From: Felis catus
Taxonomy: Eukaryota
DNA length: 64,000 nt
Direction: 5' to 3'
Assembly (NCBI RefSeq): GCF_018350175.1
Contig: NC_058383.1
Coordinates: 15,750,001 to 15,814,000, forward strand
The translations under genes were made by a program, and so were the position numbers. Each line of letters opens with the position of its first letter. The first letter of the stretch is position 1. Below are positions 12,798-27,625 of the stretch, in pieces. The notes beneath the pieces were generated by a model. It was given only the letters and a program-made list of their open reading frames with translations. It had not been told where the DNA came from and did no database searches.

Positions 12798-14128
12798 AGA
12801 TTACCCGGATTTCAAACGATAAGATTAGCGAACTTAAAAGACAAAGCGATTAAACCATCCAGAATGAAACAGAGGAAAAAAAAATTTTTAAATAAAAAGA
12901 GCGCTTCTAGTTCCTGGTCAAACATGAAAGAAGCTTGGAAGTCCAAGTCCCCCTTCCATCCTAATAAGTAAAAAGCTGAACAAACAAACTCTTCTTAGAT
13001 CAAGTCACAAGGCAAACTGCTGCCCCCAAACTGGAAAGACAGACAGGCAGATACCAAGAAGCGTGACTTACCAGAGCACGGACTTATAGGCAGAAACCTC
13101 TGGGGAAAGCAGTACTGGGGCAGAAAAATCTGAACCATAACAAACTGCTAGAGGCTCAGAGTAGGCAAACTTATGACTTAAAGATTCCAGGGGGCACCCC
13201 CACACTTTTGCGAGTTTTTACCATCTGGAGTACTTCCAGGTTCTCACTGTAAAAATCAGAGAAAAATCCCCTTCTGCTTCTGTCAGGGACAGGAGAAATA
13301 TGCCAGAGCCTTTGGTTCTTAATGGGGCCTGCCCTCAAAAGAAACTAATTTACCAGAGCCTAACTGACCTGAGGAGAGGCAAATACTCAATTCCAGTCCT
13401 CTCCAGCCATCCTGTCCAACCTAAGAGACAGAGCATAAGGGGGGCAGAGGGAGGATGAAACTAAAAGGTACTGTGAAGTTCACAGCTAAAGGGCACCAGC
13501 TCATGAAAAGACTGAGACCTACTCCTAGGACTACAGAATGCCCCCCTCCCCCGATACCATAGCACCACATCACTAAAGAACTACTCACCAGAGTTCCCAT
13601 CACCCAGCACATCATGCATGGCTTTCAACAAAAAATTATAAGGCATACTAAAAGGCAAAAACCAATTTGAAGAAACTGAACAAGCATCAGAACCAGATTT
13701 GGATATGGCAGGAATGGTGGAATTATCAGACCAGGGATTAATATGTTAAGGGTTCTGATGGGAAAAGTAGACAACATGTAAGAACAGGAAGATACTATAA
13801 AGCACACAGATATAAATTCTAAGAAAGAAAAAATGCTAGAGATCAAAAACACTGTAACAGAAGTGGACAATGCCTTTGATGGGCTCTTTAGCAGTGAACA
13901 CAGCTGAGAAAAGAATCTCTGAGCTTGAGGATATGTCAATAGAAACTTCCAAAACTGAATAGAAATGAGAGAAAAAAAAAAGACTGAAAAGATAAAACAG
14001 AATATCCAAGAAACGTGGAAAGTGTAACATGCGTGTAATGGGAATACAAGGAGAAGAAAGCCAAAAAAGAATAGAAAAAATATTTGAAACATTAATAACT
14101 GAGAATTTCCCCAAATTAATCTCAGATA

Positions 14129-14583
14129 CTATGATGGTTAATTTTATGTGTCAACTTGATTCGGCCATAGGATGCCCAGACATTAAGTCCATTACTCCGG
14201 GTATGTCTGTGACAGTGTTTTTGAATGAGGTTAACATTTGAATCAATAGAGTAAAGCAAAGTGCCCTCCCTAATGTGAGTGGCTCTCATCCAACTAATTG
14301 AAGATCTGAATAGAACAAAAAGGCTGAGTAAGAGTGAACTTCTGACCTCAGACTGGAACTTACACCATGAGCTCTTCTGGTTCACAAGCCTTCAGACTCA
14401 GACTGGAAATACATCAGTTGCTCTCCTGGGTCTCCAGCTTGCCAACTGCAGATTTTGGGACTTCTCAGCCTCCAAAATTACAGGAGTCAATTCCTCAGAA
14501 TAAATCTCTTTACATATATAAATAGAAATATACATATCACCATCCTATTGGTTCTGTTTCTCTGGAAAACCCTGATTAATATA
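14129..14583 (+). mobile_element. MLT2 (ERVL) LTR
   Basis: Starts tgatggttaattttatgtgtcaacttga and ends ctattggttctgtttctctggaaaaccctgattaata. Confidence 0.85.
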
Positions 14584-14643
14584 TACACCAAACCACGGAT
14601 CCAGGAAGATCAATGGCCATCTGGCAGAATCAATGCAAAAGGC

Positions 14644-14667
14644 GGGGGGGGGGGGGGGGGGGGGGGG
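14644..14667. repeat. G24 homopolymer
   Basis: Seen directly in the sequence. Confidence 0.9.
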
Positions 14668-15369
14668 AACGAAAATGAAAAAGAAAAGAAAGACTATACC
14701 TAGGCATACGATATTCAGATTGCAGAAAACCAAAGATAACGAAAAAAATCTTTGAAGAAGCCAGAGGAAACATCTTGCCTACAGAGAAGCAAAGATAAGA
14801 AATACCTCCAACTTCTCTTCAGAAACCATGCAGGCAAACAGAGTGGAGTGAAATATTTAAAGTGCTGAGAGAGAAAAAAAAAAATCACAAACTTGTAATT
14901 CTGTATCCTGTGAAGTTATTCTTTAAAAGTGAAGGGGAAATTAAAGACTTTCACAAACAAACAAACATTAAGGGAATTCGTTGCCAGAAGACCTACCTTG
15001 CAAGAAATGTTAAAAGAGTTCTTTAGAATGGGGCAGAAACTTGGATCTACATAAAGAAAGGAAAAGGATTAGAGAAGTAATAAGTGAAAGTAAATTCAAA
15101 ACTTTCATTTTTTATTCTTAAATGATCTAACAGATAAGAATTTGTTCAAAATAATAATAGCATCAATGTATTTGAGTATGTGGCTTATGTATAAGTGAAG
15201 TGAATGAAAGCAATGATACAAAGGACAGAGAAAAGACAAATATTTTGTTATAATAAGGCACTTGCACTACCAATGAAGTGGTGTAGTGTTACTTGAATGC
15301 GGATTTGGATTAGTTGTAAATGTATATTGCAGACAAAAGGGCAACCACACACACAATAGTGCCACCACC

Positions 15370-15452
15370 CAACTACTGTAACAACCAAAAACATTTCAGA
15401 CACTGCCAAACATCCCCCAGGGGAGCAAATTGGCCTAAGTCAACAACCACTG
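15370..15452 (-). mobile_element. MER20/MER3-type hAT fragment
   Basis: acaaccaaaaacatttcagacactgccaaa...aaccactg. Confidence 0.6.
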
Positions 15453-15472
15453 CTTTAAAACAGGTTGCTTGT

Positions 15473-16525
15473 CAAAAATGAACTACTGGGAACTTATGAA
15501 GATAAAAAGCTTCTGCACAGCAAAGGAAACAACAAAACTAAAAGGCAACGGAATGGGAAAAGATATTTGCAAATGACTTATCAGACAAAGGGCTAGTATC
15601 CAAAATCTATGAAGAGCTCACCAAACTCCACACCCGAAAAACAAATAACCCAGTGAAGAAATGGGCAGAAAACATGAATAGACACTTCTCTAAAGTAGAC
15701 ATCCGGATGGCCAACAGGCACATGAAAAGATGCTCAACGTCGCTCCTCATCAGGGAAATACAAATCAAAACCACACTCAGATACCACCTCATGGCAGTCA
15801 GAGTGGCCAAAATGAACAAATCAGGAGACTATAGATGCTGGAGAGGATGTGGAGAAACGGGAACCCTCTTGCACTGTTGGTGGGAATGCAAATTGGTGCA
15901 GCCGCTCTGGGAAACAGTGTGGAGGTTCCTCAAAAAATTAAAAATAGATCTACCCCATGACCCAGCAATAGCACTGCTAGGAATTTACCCAAGGGATACA
16001 GGAGTACTGATGCATAGGGCCACTTGTACCCCCAATGTTTATAGCAGCACTCTCAACAATAGCCAAACTATGGAAAGATCCTAAATGTCCATCAACTGAT
16101 GAATGGATAAAGAAATTGTGGTTTATATACACAATGGAGTACTACGTGGCAATGAGAAAGAATGAAATATGGCCCTTTGTAGCAACATGGATGGAACCGG
16201 AGAGTATTATGCTAAGTGAAATAAGCCATACAGAGAAAGACAGATACCATATGTTTTCACTCTTATGTGGATCCTGAGAAACTTAACAGAAACCCATGCA
16301 GGAGGGGAAGGAAAAAAAAAAAAAAAGAGGTTAGAGTGGAAGAGAGCCAAAGCATAAGAGACTCTTAAAAACTGAGAACAAACTGAGGGTTGATGGGGGG
16401 GTGGGAGGGAGGGGAGGGTGGGTAATGGGTGTTGAGGAGGGCACCTTTTGGGATGAGCACTGGGTGTTGTATGGAAACCAATTTGACAATAAATTTCATA
16501 TATTGAAAAAAATAAAAATAAAAAT
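15473..16525 (+). mobile_element. 5'-truncated young feline L1 (~1.05 kb 3' end)
   Basis: TSD aaaacaggttgcttgt at 15457-15472 and 16526-16541. ORF2 C-terminus and 3'UTR. Confidence 0.95.
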
Positions 16526-18473
16526 AAAACAGGTTGCTTGTTACTATAGGAAGTCCTAGCATAGGCACATAAAACACATAAGACATTAGGAAAACTGCAG
16601 GATGTAAATATATAAAATCCATTTGAATTTCTATACAAATGCAACCAACAGAAATTTAAAAACACATTTACATTAACAAGAAAAAAGGCACTTAATCATA
16701 AATTAATCAAAAGAAATACAAGACTTTTATGAAGAACATTATAATATACCATCAAAAGATGCCAAAGACCTAAATAAATGGAGAATCATGCTGTGTCATG
16801 GATAGGAAGGCTTAATTAATATAATGATGGCTATGGGTCTATCTACAGATTCAGTGTAAATTTAGGTATGATTAATATGGAGGAAAAAGGGCTAAAAATA
16901 GTCAAGACCTTCTGAGAGAACAAGAATGAAGCAGGGGGCTTGCCCTAAGACATTTTTGAGAAACAATAATTAAAACAGAGTAAAATTGAAGAGATCTCAC
17001 TAACAGAATAATACATACATGTAAACACAATATTAAACTAGCTTGGTACTACACATCACTAGAAGAACAACAACTTTCTAGAAAACTGGTCATCTGTATG
17101 GAAATAAATTAAAAATGGATCTGTATCTTACACACACAAAAGAAAACCATGTTGAATAATAAATTTCAGGCTAATTAATGTGAAAGAAAAAAATTGTTCA
17201 GTTTTAGAAAAATATGGTAGACTATTTCTATGACCTTACAGTGAGGAATAATTTCACTACAAAACACAGAAAGGTTCAAACCATGAAGGAACAGATTGAT
17301 AAATGCAACAACTTTAAAATCTACATTCATCAAAAGAGATTATAAACAAAGTCAAAAGACAAGCTACTGGGACAAGGAGTTTGCAACATATATATCAGGT
17401 AAAGCCTATCACAAAGAAAACAATGAAACTTACCCTTCTGAAAATGGGCAAGGATCATAAACAGGCATTTCACAAAACAGAACCACAAATGGCCACTGAA
17501 AATATAAGGTGCTCTTGCAGGGATGCAAGTGTGGTTCAATATCCACAAATCAATCAACATAATATGTCACATCAATACGAGAAAGAATAAAAACCATACA
17601 ATCATTTCAACAGATGCAGAAAAAGCATTTGACAAAGTACAACATACATTCATGATTAAAAAAAATTCAACAAATTGGGTTTAGAGGGAACATAACTCAA
17701 CATAATAAAGGCCACATGTGAAAAAATTAAAGCTAACATCATACTCAGTGGTGCAAAACTGAGAGCTTTTCCCCTAAAATCAGGAACAAGACAAGGATGT
17801 CCACTCTCACCACTTTTAGTCAACACAGTACTGGAAGTCCTAGCTGCAGCAATCAGACAAGAAAAAGAAATAGAAGGTATACAAATTTGTAAGAAAGAAA
17901 AAGAACTTTCACTATTTGCACATGACATGATACTATATCTAGAAAACCCTAAAGACTTTACCAAAAACTACTAGAACTGATAAATGAATTCAGTAAGGTC
18001 TCAGGATTCAAAACCAATATACAGAAATCCATTGTATTTCTATGCACTAATAATGAAGTAGTGGGAAGAAAAATGAAGAAAACAATCCCATTCACTCCAA
18101 ATAATAAAATACCTAGGAATAAACTTAACCAAGGAGGTGAAAGACCTGTACTCTGAAAACTATAAAACACTGATGAAAAAACTGAAGGTGACACAAAGAA
18201 ATGGAAAGACATTCCATGCTTATGGATTAGAAGAACAAATATTGTTAAAATGTCTACACTACCCAAAGCAGTCTGTAGATTTAATGCAATCCCTATCAAA
18301 ACACCAACAGCATTTTTCACAGAACTAGAACAAACAATTCTAAATTTGTATGGAATCACAAAGGACCCCAAATAGCCAAAGCAATCTTGAGAAAGAACAA
18401 AGCTAGAGGCATCACAATTCTAGACTTCAGGTTGTATTACAAAGCTGTTGTAATTAAAACAGTATGGTACTGG

Positions 18474-18692
18474 CGGGGCGCCTGGGTGGCGCAGTCGGTT
18501 GGGCATCCGACTTCAGCTCAGATCATGATCTCACGGTTCATGAGTTCGGGCCCCACGTCGGGCTCTGTGCTGACAGCTCAGAGCCTGGAGCCTGCTTCGG
18601 ATTCTGTGTCTCCCTCTCTCTCTGCCCCTCTCCCATTCACACACACTCTCTCTCTCTCTCTCAAAAATAAAGATTAAAAAAAATTAAAAAAA
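18474..18692 (+). mobile_element. Can-SINE within L1
   Basis: TSD aaaac(a/t)gtatggtactggc. Confidence 0.92.
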
Positions 18693-19875
18693 AAACTGTA
18701 TGGTACTGGCACTGAAAGAGACACATACATCAATGGAACAGAATAGAACCCAGAATAAACCCACAATTATATGGTCAAATAATCTTCAACAAAGCAGGAA
18801 AGAATATGCAATGGGAAAAAGACATCTCTTCAACAAATGGTGCTGTGAAAACTGGACAGCTACATGTAAAAGAATGAAATTGGACCACTTTCTCACACCA
18901 TACACAAAAGTAAACTCAAAATGGATTAAAGACCTAAATGTGAGACCTGAAACCATAAAAATCCTAGAAAAGAGCACAGGCAATAATTTCTCTGACATTG
19001 GCCAAAGTAACATATTTCTAGATATGTCTCAAGGCAAGAAAACAAAAACAAACTATTGGGAATACTTCAAAATAAAAAGCTTCTGCACAGTGAAGGAAAC
19101 AATCAACAAAACTAACAGGCAACCTACAGAATGGGAGAAGATATTAGCAAATGACACATCTGATAAAGGGTTAGTATTCAAAATATATAAAGAATTTATA
19201 CAACTCAATACCCAAAAACCAAATAATCCAATTAATAACTTGGGCAGAAGATTTGTACAGACATTTCTCCAAAGAAGACATACAGATGGCCAACAGACAC
19301 ATGAAAAGATGCTCAATATCACTCATCATCAGGGAAATGTAGATCAAAACCACAATGAGATATCACCTCACACCTGTCAAAATGGCTAAAATCAAAAACA
19401 CAAGAAACAACAACTGTTGTTGATGATGTGGAGAATGCAAACTGATGCAGCCACTGTGGAAAGGCATGTGGAGGTTCATCAAAAAATTGAAAATAGACTT
19501 ACCATATGACCCAGGAGTTCCACTACTGGGTATTTACCCAAAGAATACAAAAACAATAATTCAAAAAGATATATGCACCCCTATGTTTATTGCAGCATTA
19601 TTTATAATAGCCAAATTATGGGTGCAGCCCAAGTGTCCATCAATAGATGAATGGATAAAAAAGAGGTAGAATATATATACAATGGAATATTATTACTGAG
19701 CCATAAAAAAGAATATCTTGCCATCTGCAACAGCATGGATGGATCTAGAGGCTATAATGCTAAGTGAAGTCATTCAGTCAGAGAAAGACAAGCACCATAT
19801 GATTCTACTCATATGTGGAATTTAAGAAACAAAGCAAGCAAAGGAAAAAAGGGAAAAACCAAAACACAGACTCTT

Positions 19876-19930
19876 TTTTTTTCAATTTGAGAGGGAGCGA
19901 GAGAGCAAGCAGGCTAGATGGTCAGAGAAG

Positions 19931-19987
<57 letters not shown>

Positions 19988-20081
19988 TCTAAGCAGGCTC
20001 CATGCTCAGGGATCATGGGATCACGATCCAAGCCAAAATCAAGAGTTAGACACTCAACTGACTGAGCCATCCAGGTACCCC
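19876..20081 (-). mobile_element. Can-SINE with an expanded (GA)n
   Basis: TSD acagactctt. Confidence 0.85.
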
Positions 20082-21374
20082 ATAAAACAGACTCTTAACT
20101 GTAGAGGACAAACTGATGGTTGCCAGATGCCAGAGGGAAGTTGGGTGGGGGGTGGGGGAGATAGGTGAAGTAGGTGAAACGGATTAAGAGTACACTTATA
20201 ATGAGCACTGGATGAAGTATGGAATTATTGAATCACTATATTGTATACCCAATCTAATACAACACTGTATATTAACTCTACTGGAATTAAAATTAAACAC
20301 ACACACACACACATATATGGTACTCAAATTCCCTTAATCAGAGAATTAGCAATTAAAATCACAGTAAGGTACCATTTACTTTTACCCAATCAGAAAATTA
20401 AAAAACCAGGCTGCCCTACATAATTAAATAAGATGGTTGTAAAATGCATCATATTTCTGTGCACCAAAAGATTCTAATTTTACTACCTAAATATTTGGTG
20501 CAGATGTACATGTAAGTTTAAAACTACATACATGTATGTGAATGAAAGATAAACATAAAATATTAACTTAAAAAAAAAAAAGCCAGACTTATAGATACAG
20601 ATCCCTGGGAATTTTTATACTATGACAGTGGCAGTGTAAACCACTGCAAACTCCTTAGAAAAAAATCTGGCATTACTGTGTGAAGTTGAACATCATATCC
20701 TCCATGACTCTACCAACTCTATTCCTAAGTGTTTATTTTTTGAGAAGCTCTTGAAAGGACACACCTTAAAAAATGTACATAGCTCCAAACCAAAAACAAC
20801 CCAAATGCTCATCAATAGCATAAATGTATAAGTAAGCTATATCACAGAATAGTATTGTGGCAATAAAACCAAACTGATGATAGCTATACATCTAAAAATA
20901 AATCTCAAGATAATGTTAAGAAAAAGAAGACAGGGAGGACTGGAAGGAAGGAAAGAAGGGAAGACACATGCAAGAAAGAAGAAAACAGACTATGATCCCA
21001 TTTATGTAAAGTTCATAAACAGGCAAACTAAACAAACAAAAACAGGAAAAATATGACAAGGAAAGATCAGACATCTACAAGTAGTTTCAAATACTGCTAT
21101 TCTAATGCTGAAACTCCCCACCTGCCATGTCAGTTTCCCCACTAGGGTTGTTCAAATCAGGTGCCCAATTTGCTCTGTTAGACAAACATTTCATGAGTTA
21201 AGACTATCTCTACCCTAAACAAGGCTACAGGAGAATGTGTGATAACATTAACAAAAGTCCATGAAGCACTTGACTGTGCTAGTTTCCCAGTTGTTTTTTT
21301 TCTGAGAGCATAAGTTATTATTAGATTATTATATTTATGTAATATACAATATTATAAAAATAATATTCTAATAA

Positions 21375-22165
21375 TAAGGACTATTTACGCCAGGTTCTAT
21401 GCTAGGGGCTTGACAGTAATTTTATTTTATTAAAATTTTTTTAATGTTTATTTACTTTTGAGATGGAGAAGACAGAGCGCAAGTGGGGGAGGGGCAGAGA
21501 GAGAAGACAGAATCTGAAGCAGGCTCTGAGTTGTCAGCAGAGAACCTGATGCGAAGCCTGAACCCATGAATCGTGAGATCATGACCTGAGCCCAAGTAGA
21601 CTGAGACATCCAGGCGTCCCTGGGCTAAATGTTAATAGTCATTCTAATTTAATTCTCACAACGACCCTATGAAGTGGGTATTATTACCATCCCTATTGGA
21701 TATTATTACCATCTCTATTTCTAGGATAAGGAAAGGGGGAGGATGAGGTAACTAAGAACTGGAAAAATCAAGAAACTCATCCAGGGTTTATTATTACAAC
21801 TAATAAAGGATTGAGCTGGAATTTAAATCTCTGTTCATCTGACTCAAAAGCCTGTGATTAGCCACTTTGACACTCATTATTTTATTTACTACTCAAAAGC
21901 CCTGTAAACTAAATATAACATAGAGATTAAGAGTACCATTCCTGAAGACAGAAAGACTTGGTCCATGCCCTAGCTTACCTGTTTTCAACTGTGAGTGAGG
22001 AAAAGCTCCTCAACCTCTCTGAGAGACATAGTCCTTTATTTATAAAATGGTTTTGAAAGTACCTATGGGTAAGTATGAAAGGATAAATATGAAACATCAG
22101 TGAAGTAATGCATGTAAAGAGCTTAACAAAGTGCCTAGCACACAACAGATATTCAGTAAATTTTG
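21375..22165. mobile_element. Two MIR remnants (minus, ~21375-21870, split by a SINE; plus, ~21920-22165)
   Basis: ttctcacaacgaccctatgaagtggg; aatgcatgtaaagagcttaacaaagtgcctagcaca. Confidence 0.65.
21425..21620 (-). mobile_element. Can-SINE
   Basis: Reverse-complement SINE. Confidence 0.85.
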
Positions 22166-22858
22166 GATGATATCATCATTATCATCATCATCTTCTCCAT
22201 TTTATAGTTTAAAAAACAGAGACACAGAGAATAACAGTAGTGTATCGGATGTTATAAAGCCAGTTAGTATCAGTGAAAGGTTTTAAACACGAATCTAATC
22301 AGCTTCAAAGTCTGAACTCTTTGAGCCCCCTGACCACAGAGCTCAGTTTGGTGGGGAACAAAGGCGCTCGCCAGCGCCATCTCCCCCGCCCATCCCCCAG
22401 CCAAAATCCCAAAGAGAACCAGTTCCTGCCAGGGAACTTGCTCGCTCCGCACAAACACCCAACTCTGCGCTTCTGCGGAGCCAAACCTCTGGCTGCGGAT
22501 CTGACTCCCTCCCGCTGCCACAGGGCCCCTCCTGAAGTGGATCACCTAAGGAGAAGCGATCTAAGCCTGCCCCTCCTGCCCCTGTGCACCTTGCCTACCC
22601 ACCCCAGCTAATACGCCAGATCCCCAGCATCACAAGCCTGGCAGTGTGCAAGTAGCCCAGACAGGCCACACCATCCCACAGTGAATCCCACCCCTAGGAG
22701 AGGGGAAGAGAAGGCACACACCAGTCTGAATGTGGCCCCAGCGGTGGGCTGGGGGCAGACATCAGGTCTGACTGCGGCCCCGCCCACCAACTCCAGTTAT
22801 ACACCACAGCACAGGGGAAGTGCCCTGCAGGTCCTCACCACGCCAAGGACTATCCAAA

Positions 22859-23752
22859 ATGACCAAGCGGAAGAATTCCCCTCAGAAGAATCTCCAGGAA
22901 ATAACAACAGCTAATGAGCTGATCAAAAAGGATTTAAATAATATAACAGAAAGCGAATTTAGAATAATAGTCATAAAATTAATCGCTGGGCTTGAAAACA
23001 GTATACAGGACAGCAGAGAATCTCTTGCTACAGAGATCAAGGGACTAAGGAACAGTCACGAGGAGCTGAAAAACGCTTTAAACGAAATGCATAACAAAAT
23101 GGAAACCACCACAGCTCGGCTTGAAGAGGCAGAGGAGAGAATAGGTGAACTAGAAGATAAAGTTATGGAAAAAGAGGAAGCTGAGAAAAAGAGAGATAAA
23201 AAAATCCAGGAGTATGAGGGGAAAATTAGAGAACTAAGTGATACACTAAAAAGAAATAATATACGCATAATTGGTATCCCAGAGGAGGAAGAGAGAGGGA
23301 AAGGTGCTGAAGGGGTACTTGAAGAAATCATAGCTGAGAACTTCCCTGAACTGGGGAAGGAAAAAGGCATTGAAATCCAAGAGGCACAGAGAACTCCCTT
23401 CAGACGTAACTTGAATCGATCTTCTGCATGACATATCATAGTGAAACTGGCAAAATACAAGGATAAAGAGAAAATTCTGAAAGCAGCAAGGGGTAAACGT
23501 GCCCTCACATATAAAGGGAGACCTATAAGACTCGTGACTGATCTCTCTTTTGAAACTTGGCAGGCCAGAAAGAATTGGCACGAGATTTTCAGGGTGCTAG
23601 ACAGAAAAAATATGCAGCCGAGAATCCTTTATCCAGCAAGTCTGTCATTTAGAATAGAAGGAGAGATAAAGGTCTTCCCAAACAAACAAAAACTGAAGGA
23701 ATTTGTCACCACTAAACCAGCCCTACAAGAGATCCTAAGGGGGACCCTGTGA
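22859..23752 (+). pseudogene. L1 ORF1p (coiled coil, RRM, CTD) with one premature stop
   Basis: MTKRKNSPQ...RRNNIRIIGIPEEEE-type motif (KRNNIRIIGIPEEEE)...QPRILYPASLSF...; in-frame TGA at 23429-23431. Confidence 0.95.
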
Positions 23753-23802
23753 GACAAAGTCCCAGAGACATCACTACAAGCATAAAACATACAGACATCA
23801 CA

Positions 23803-26800
23803 ATGACTCTAAACCCGTATCTTTCTATAATAACACTGAATGTAAATGGATTAAATGCGCCAACCAAAAGACATAGGGTATCAGAATGGATAAAAAAACA
23901 AGACCCATCTATTTGCTGTCTACAAGAGACTCATTTTAGACCTGAGGACACCTTTAGATTGAGAGTGAGGGGATGGAGAACTATTTATCATGCGACTGGA
24001 AGCCAAAAGAAAGCTGGAGTAGCCATACTTATATCAGACAAACTAGACTTTAAATTAAAGGCTGTAACAAGAGATGAAGAAGGACATTATATAATAGTTA
24101 CAGGGTCTATCCATCAGGAAGAGTTAACAATTATAAATGTCTATGAGCCGAATACCGGAGCCCCCAAATATATAAAACAATTACTCATAAACATAAGCAA
24201 CCTTATTGATAAGAATGTGGTAATTGCAGGGGACTTTAACACCCCACTTACAGAAATGGATAGATCATCTAGTCACATGGTCAATAAAGAAACAAGGGCC
24301 CTGAATGAGACATTGGATCAGATGGACTTGACAGATATATTTAGAACTCTACATCCCAAAGCAACAGAATATACTTTCTTCTCGAGTGCACATGGAACAT
24401 TCTCCAAGATAGATCATATACTGGGTCACAAAACAGCCCTTCATAAGTTTACAAGAATTGAAATTATACCATGCATACTTTCAGACCACAAAGCTATGAA
24501 GCTTGACATCAACCACAGAAAAAAGTCTGGAAAACCTCCAAAAGCATGGAGGTTAAAGAACACCCTACTAACGAATGAGTGGGTCAACCAGGCAATTAGA
24601 GAAGAAATTAAAAAATATATGGAAACAAACGAAAATGAAAATACAACAATCCAAACGCTTTGGGACGCAGTGAAGGCAGTCCTGAGAGGAAAATACATTG
24701 CAATCCAGGCCTATCTCAAGAAACAAGAAAAATCCCAAATACAAAATCTAACAGCACACCTAAAGGAACTAGAAGCAGAACAGCAAAGGCAGCCTAAACC
24801 CAGCAGAAGAAGAGAAATAATAAAGATCAGAGCAGAAATAAACAATATAGAATCTAAAAAAACTGTAGAGCAGATCAACGAAACCAAGAGTTGGTTTTTT
24901 GAAAAAATAAACAAAATTGACAAACCTCTAGCCAGGCTTCTCAAAAAGAAAAGGGAGATGACCCAAATAGATAAAATCATGAATGAAAATGGAATTATTA
25001 CAACCAATCCCTCAGAGATACAAACAATTATCAGGGAATACTATGAAAAATTATATGCCAACAAATTGGACAACCTGGAAGAAATGGACAAATTCCTGAA
25101 CACCCACACACTTCCAAAACTCAATCAGGAGGAAATAGAAAGCTTGAACAGACCCATAACCAGCAAAGAAATTGAATCGGTTATCAAAAATCTCCCAACA
25201 AATAAGAGTCCAGGACCAGATCGCTTCCCAGGGGAGTTCTACCAGACATTTAAAGCAGAGATAATACCTATCCTTCTCAAGCTATTCCAAGAAATAGAAA
25301 GGGAAGGAAAACTTCCAGACTCATTCTATGAAGCCAGTATTACTTTGATTCCTAAACCAGACAGAGACCCAGTAAAAAAAGAGAACTACAGGCCAATATC
25401 CCTGATGAATATGGATGCAAAAATTCTCAATAAGATACTAGCAAATCGAATTCAACAGCATATAAAAAGAATTATTCACCATGATCAAGTGGGATTCATT
25501 CCTGGGATGCAGGGCTGGTTCAACATTCGCAAATCAATCAACGTGATACATCACATTAACAAAAAAAAAAGAGAAGAACCATATGATCCTGTCAATCGAT
25601 GCAGAAAAGGCCTTTGACAAAATCCAGCACCCTTTCTTAATAAAAACCCTTGAGAAAGTCGGGATAGAAGGAACATACTTAAAGATCATAAAAGCCATTT
25701 ATGAAAAGCCCACAGCTAACATCATCCTCAACGGGGAAAAACTGAGAGCTTTTTCCCTGAGATCAGGAACACGACAAGGATGCCCACTCTCACCGCTGCT
25801 GTTTAACATAGTGCTGGAAGTTCTAGCATCAGCAATCAGACAACAAAAGGAAATCAAAGGCATCAAAATTGGCAAAGATAAAGTCAAGCTTTCACTTTTT
25901 GCAGATGACATGATATTATACGTGGAAAATCCGATAGACTCCACCAAAAGTCTGCTAGAACTGACACAGGAATTCAGCAAAGTTGCAGGATACAAAATCA
26001 ATGTACAGAAATCAGTTGCATTCTTATACACTAACAATGAAGCAACAGAAAGACAAATAAAGAAACTGATCCCATTCACAATTGCACCAAGAAGCATAAA
26101 ATACCTAGGAATAAATCTAACCAAAGATGTAAAGGATCTGTATGCTGAAAACTATAGAAAGCTTATGAAGGAAATTGAAGAAGATTTAAAGAAATGGAAA
26201 GACATTCCCTGCTCATGGATTGGAAAAATAAATATTGTCAAAATGTCAATACTACCCAAAGCTATCTACACATTCAATGCAATCCCAATCAAAATTGCAC
26301 CAGCATTCTCGAAACTAGAACAAGCAATCCTAAAATTCATATGGAACCACAAAAGGCTCCGAATAGCCAAAGGAATTTTGAAGAAGAAGACCAAAGCAGG
26401 AGGCATCACAATCCCAGACTTTAGCCTCTACTACAAAACTGTCATCATCAAGACAGCATGGTATTGGCACAAAAACAGACACATAGACCAATGGAATAGA
26501 ATAGAAACCCCAGAACTAGACCCACAAACGTATGGCCAACTCATCTTCGACAAAGCAGGAAAGAACATCCAATGGAAAAAAGACAGCCTCTTTAACAAAT
26601 GGTGCTGGGAGAACTGGACAGCAACATGCAGAAGGTTGAAACTAGACCACTTTCTCACACCATTCACAAAAATAAACTCAAAATGGATAAAGGACCTAAA
26701 TGTGAGACAGGAAACCATCAAAACCTTAGAGGAGAAAGCAGGAAAAGACCTCTCTGACCTCAGCCGTAGCAATCTCTTACTCGACACATCCCCAAAGGCA

Positions 26801-27625
26801 AGGGAATTAAAAGCAAAAGTGAATTACTGGGACCTTATGAAGATAAAAAGCTTCTGCACAGCAAAGGAAACAACCAACAAAACTAAAAGGCAACCAACGG
26901 AATGGGAAAAGATATTCACAAATGACATATCGGACAAAGGGCTAGTATCCAAAATCTATAAAGAGCTCACCAAACTCCACACCTGAAAAACAAATAACCC
27001 AGTGAAGAAATGGGCAGAAAACATGAATAGACACTTCTCTAAAGAAGACATCCGGATGGCCAACAGGCACATGAAAAGATGTTCAGCGTCGCTCCTTATC
27101 AGGGAAATACAAATCAAAACCACACTCAGGTATCACCTCAGGCCAGTCAGAGTGGCCAAAATGAACAAATCAGGAGACTATAGATGCTGGAGAGGATGTG
27201 GAGAAACGGGAACCCTCTTGCACTGTTGGTGGGAATGCAAATTGGTGCAGCCGCTCTGGAAAGCAGTGTGGAGGTTCCTCAGAAAATTAAAAATAGACCT
27301 ACCCTACGACCCAGCAATAGCACTGCTAGGAATTTATCCAAGGGATACAGGAGTACTGATGCATAGGGCCACTTGTACCCCAACGTTCATAGCAGCACTC
27401 TCAACAATAGCCAAATTATGGAAAGAGCCTAAATGTCCATCAACTGATGAATGGATAAAGAAATTGTGGTTTATATACACAATGGAATATTACGTGGCAA
27501 TGAGAAAAAATGAAATAGGGCCTTTTGTAGCAACATGGATGGAACTGGAGAGTGTGATGCTAAGTGAAATAAGCCATACAGAGAAAGACAGATACCATAT
27601 GGTTTCACTCTTATGTGGATCCTGA
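23803..27625 (+). pseudogene. L1 ORF2p (endonuclease, reverse transcriptase, C-terminal CCHC) with one frameshift and one stop
   Basis: EN motifs LNVNGLN, GDFN and SDH. RT motifs QGCPLSP and FADD. C-terminal CWRGC...HC. +1 frameshift in the A-run at ~25561-25570 and TGA at 26984-26986. Confidence 0.96.

Larger units (their letters stand above)
10900..15340 (+). mobile_element. Old L1M 5'/ORF1 fragments interrupted by MER21-like, SINE and MLT2 insertions
   Basis: ORF1-like VMGIQGEES...IFETLITENFPKL at 14029-14125 and an ILYP-like segment near 14900. Confidence 0.65.
17515..20310 (+). mobile_element. Older carnivore L1 (RT to 3' end) nested in an ancient L1M and containing two SINEs
   Basis: ORF2 homology at 17520-19800 and a carnivore-type 3'UTR. 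Degenerate TSD atataaggtgctc / atatatggtactc. Confidence 0.88.
16560..21050 (+). mobile_element. Ancient L1M ORF2/3'-end remnant (host of the 17515-20310 L1)
   Basis: Highly decayed ORF2-like and 3'UTR-like sequence on both sides of the younger L1. Confidence 0.65.

Noticed and set aside
22270..22545. Antisense ORF in the L1 5'UTR as an ORF0 analogue
   Set aside because: It starts at GTG, runs into unrelated flank and has no similarity I can recognise. ORF0 is described for primate L1.
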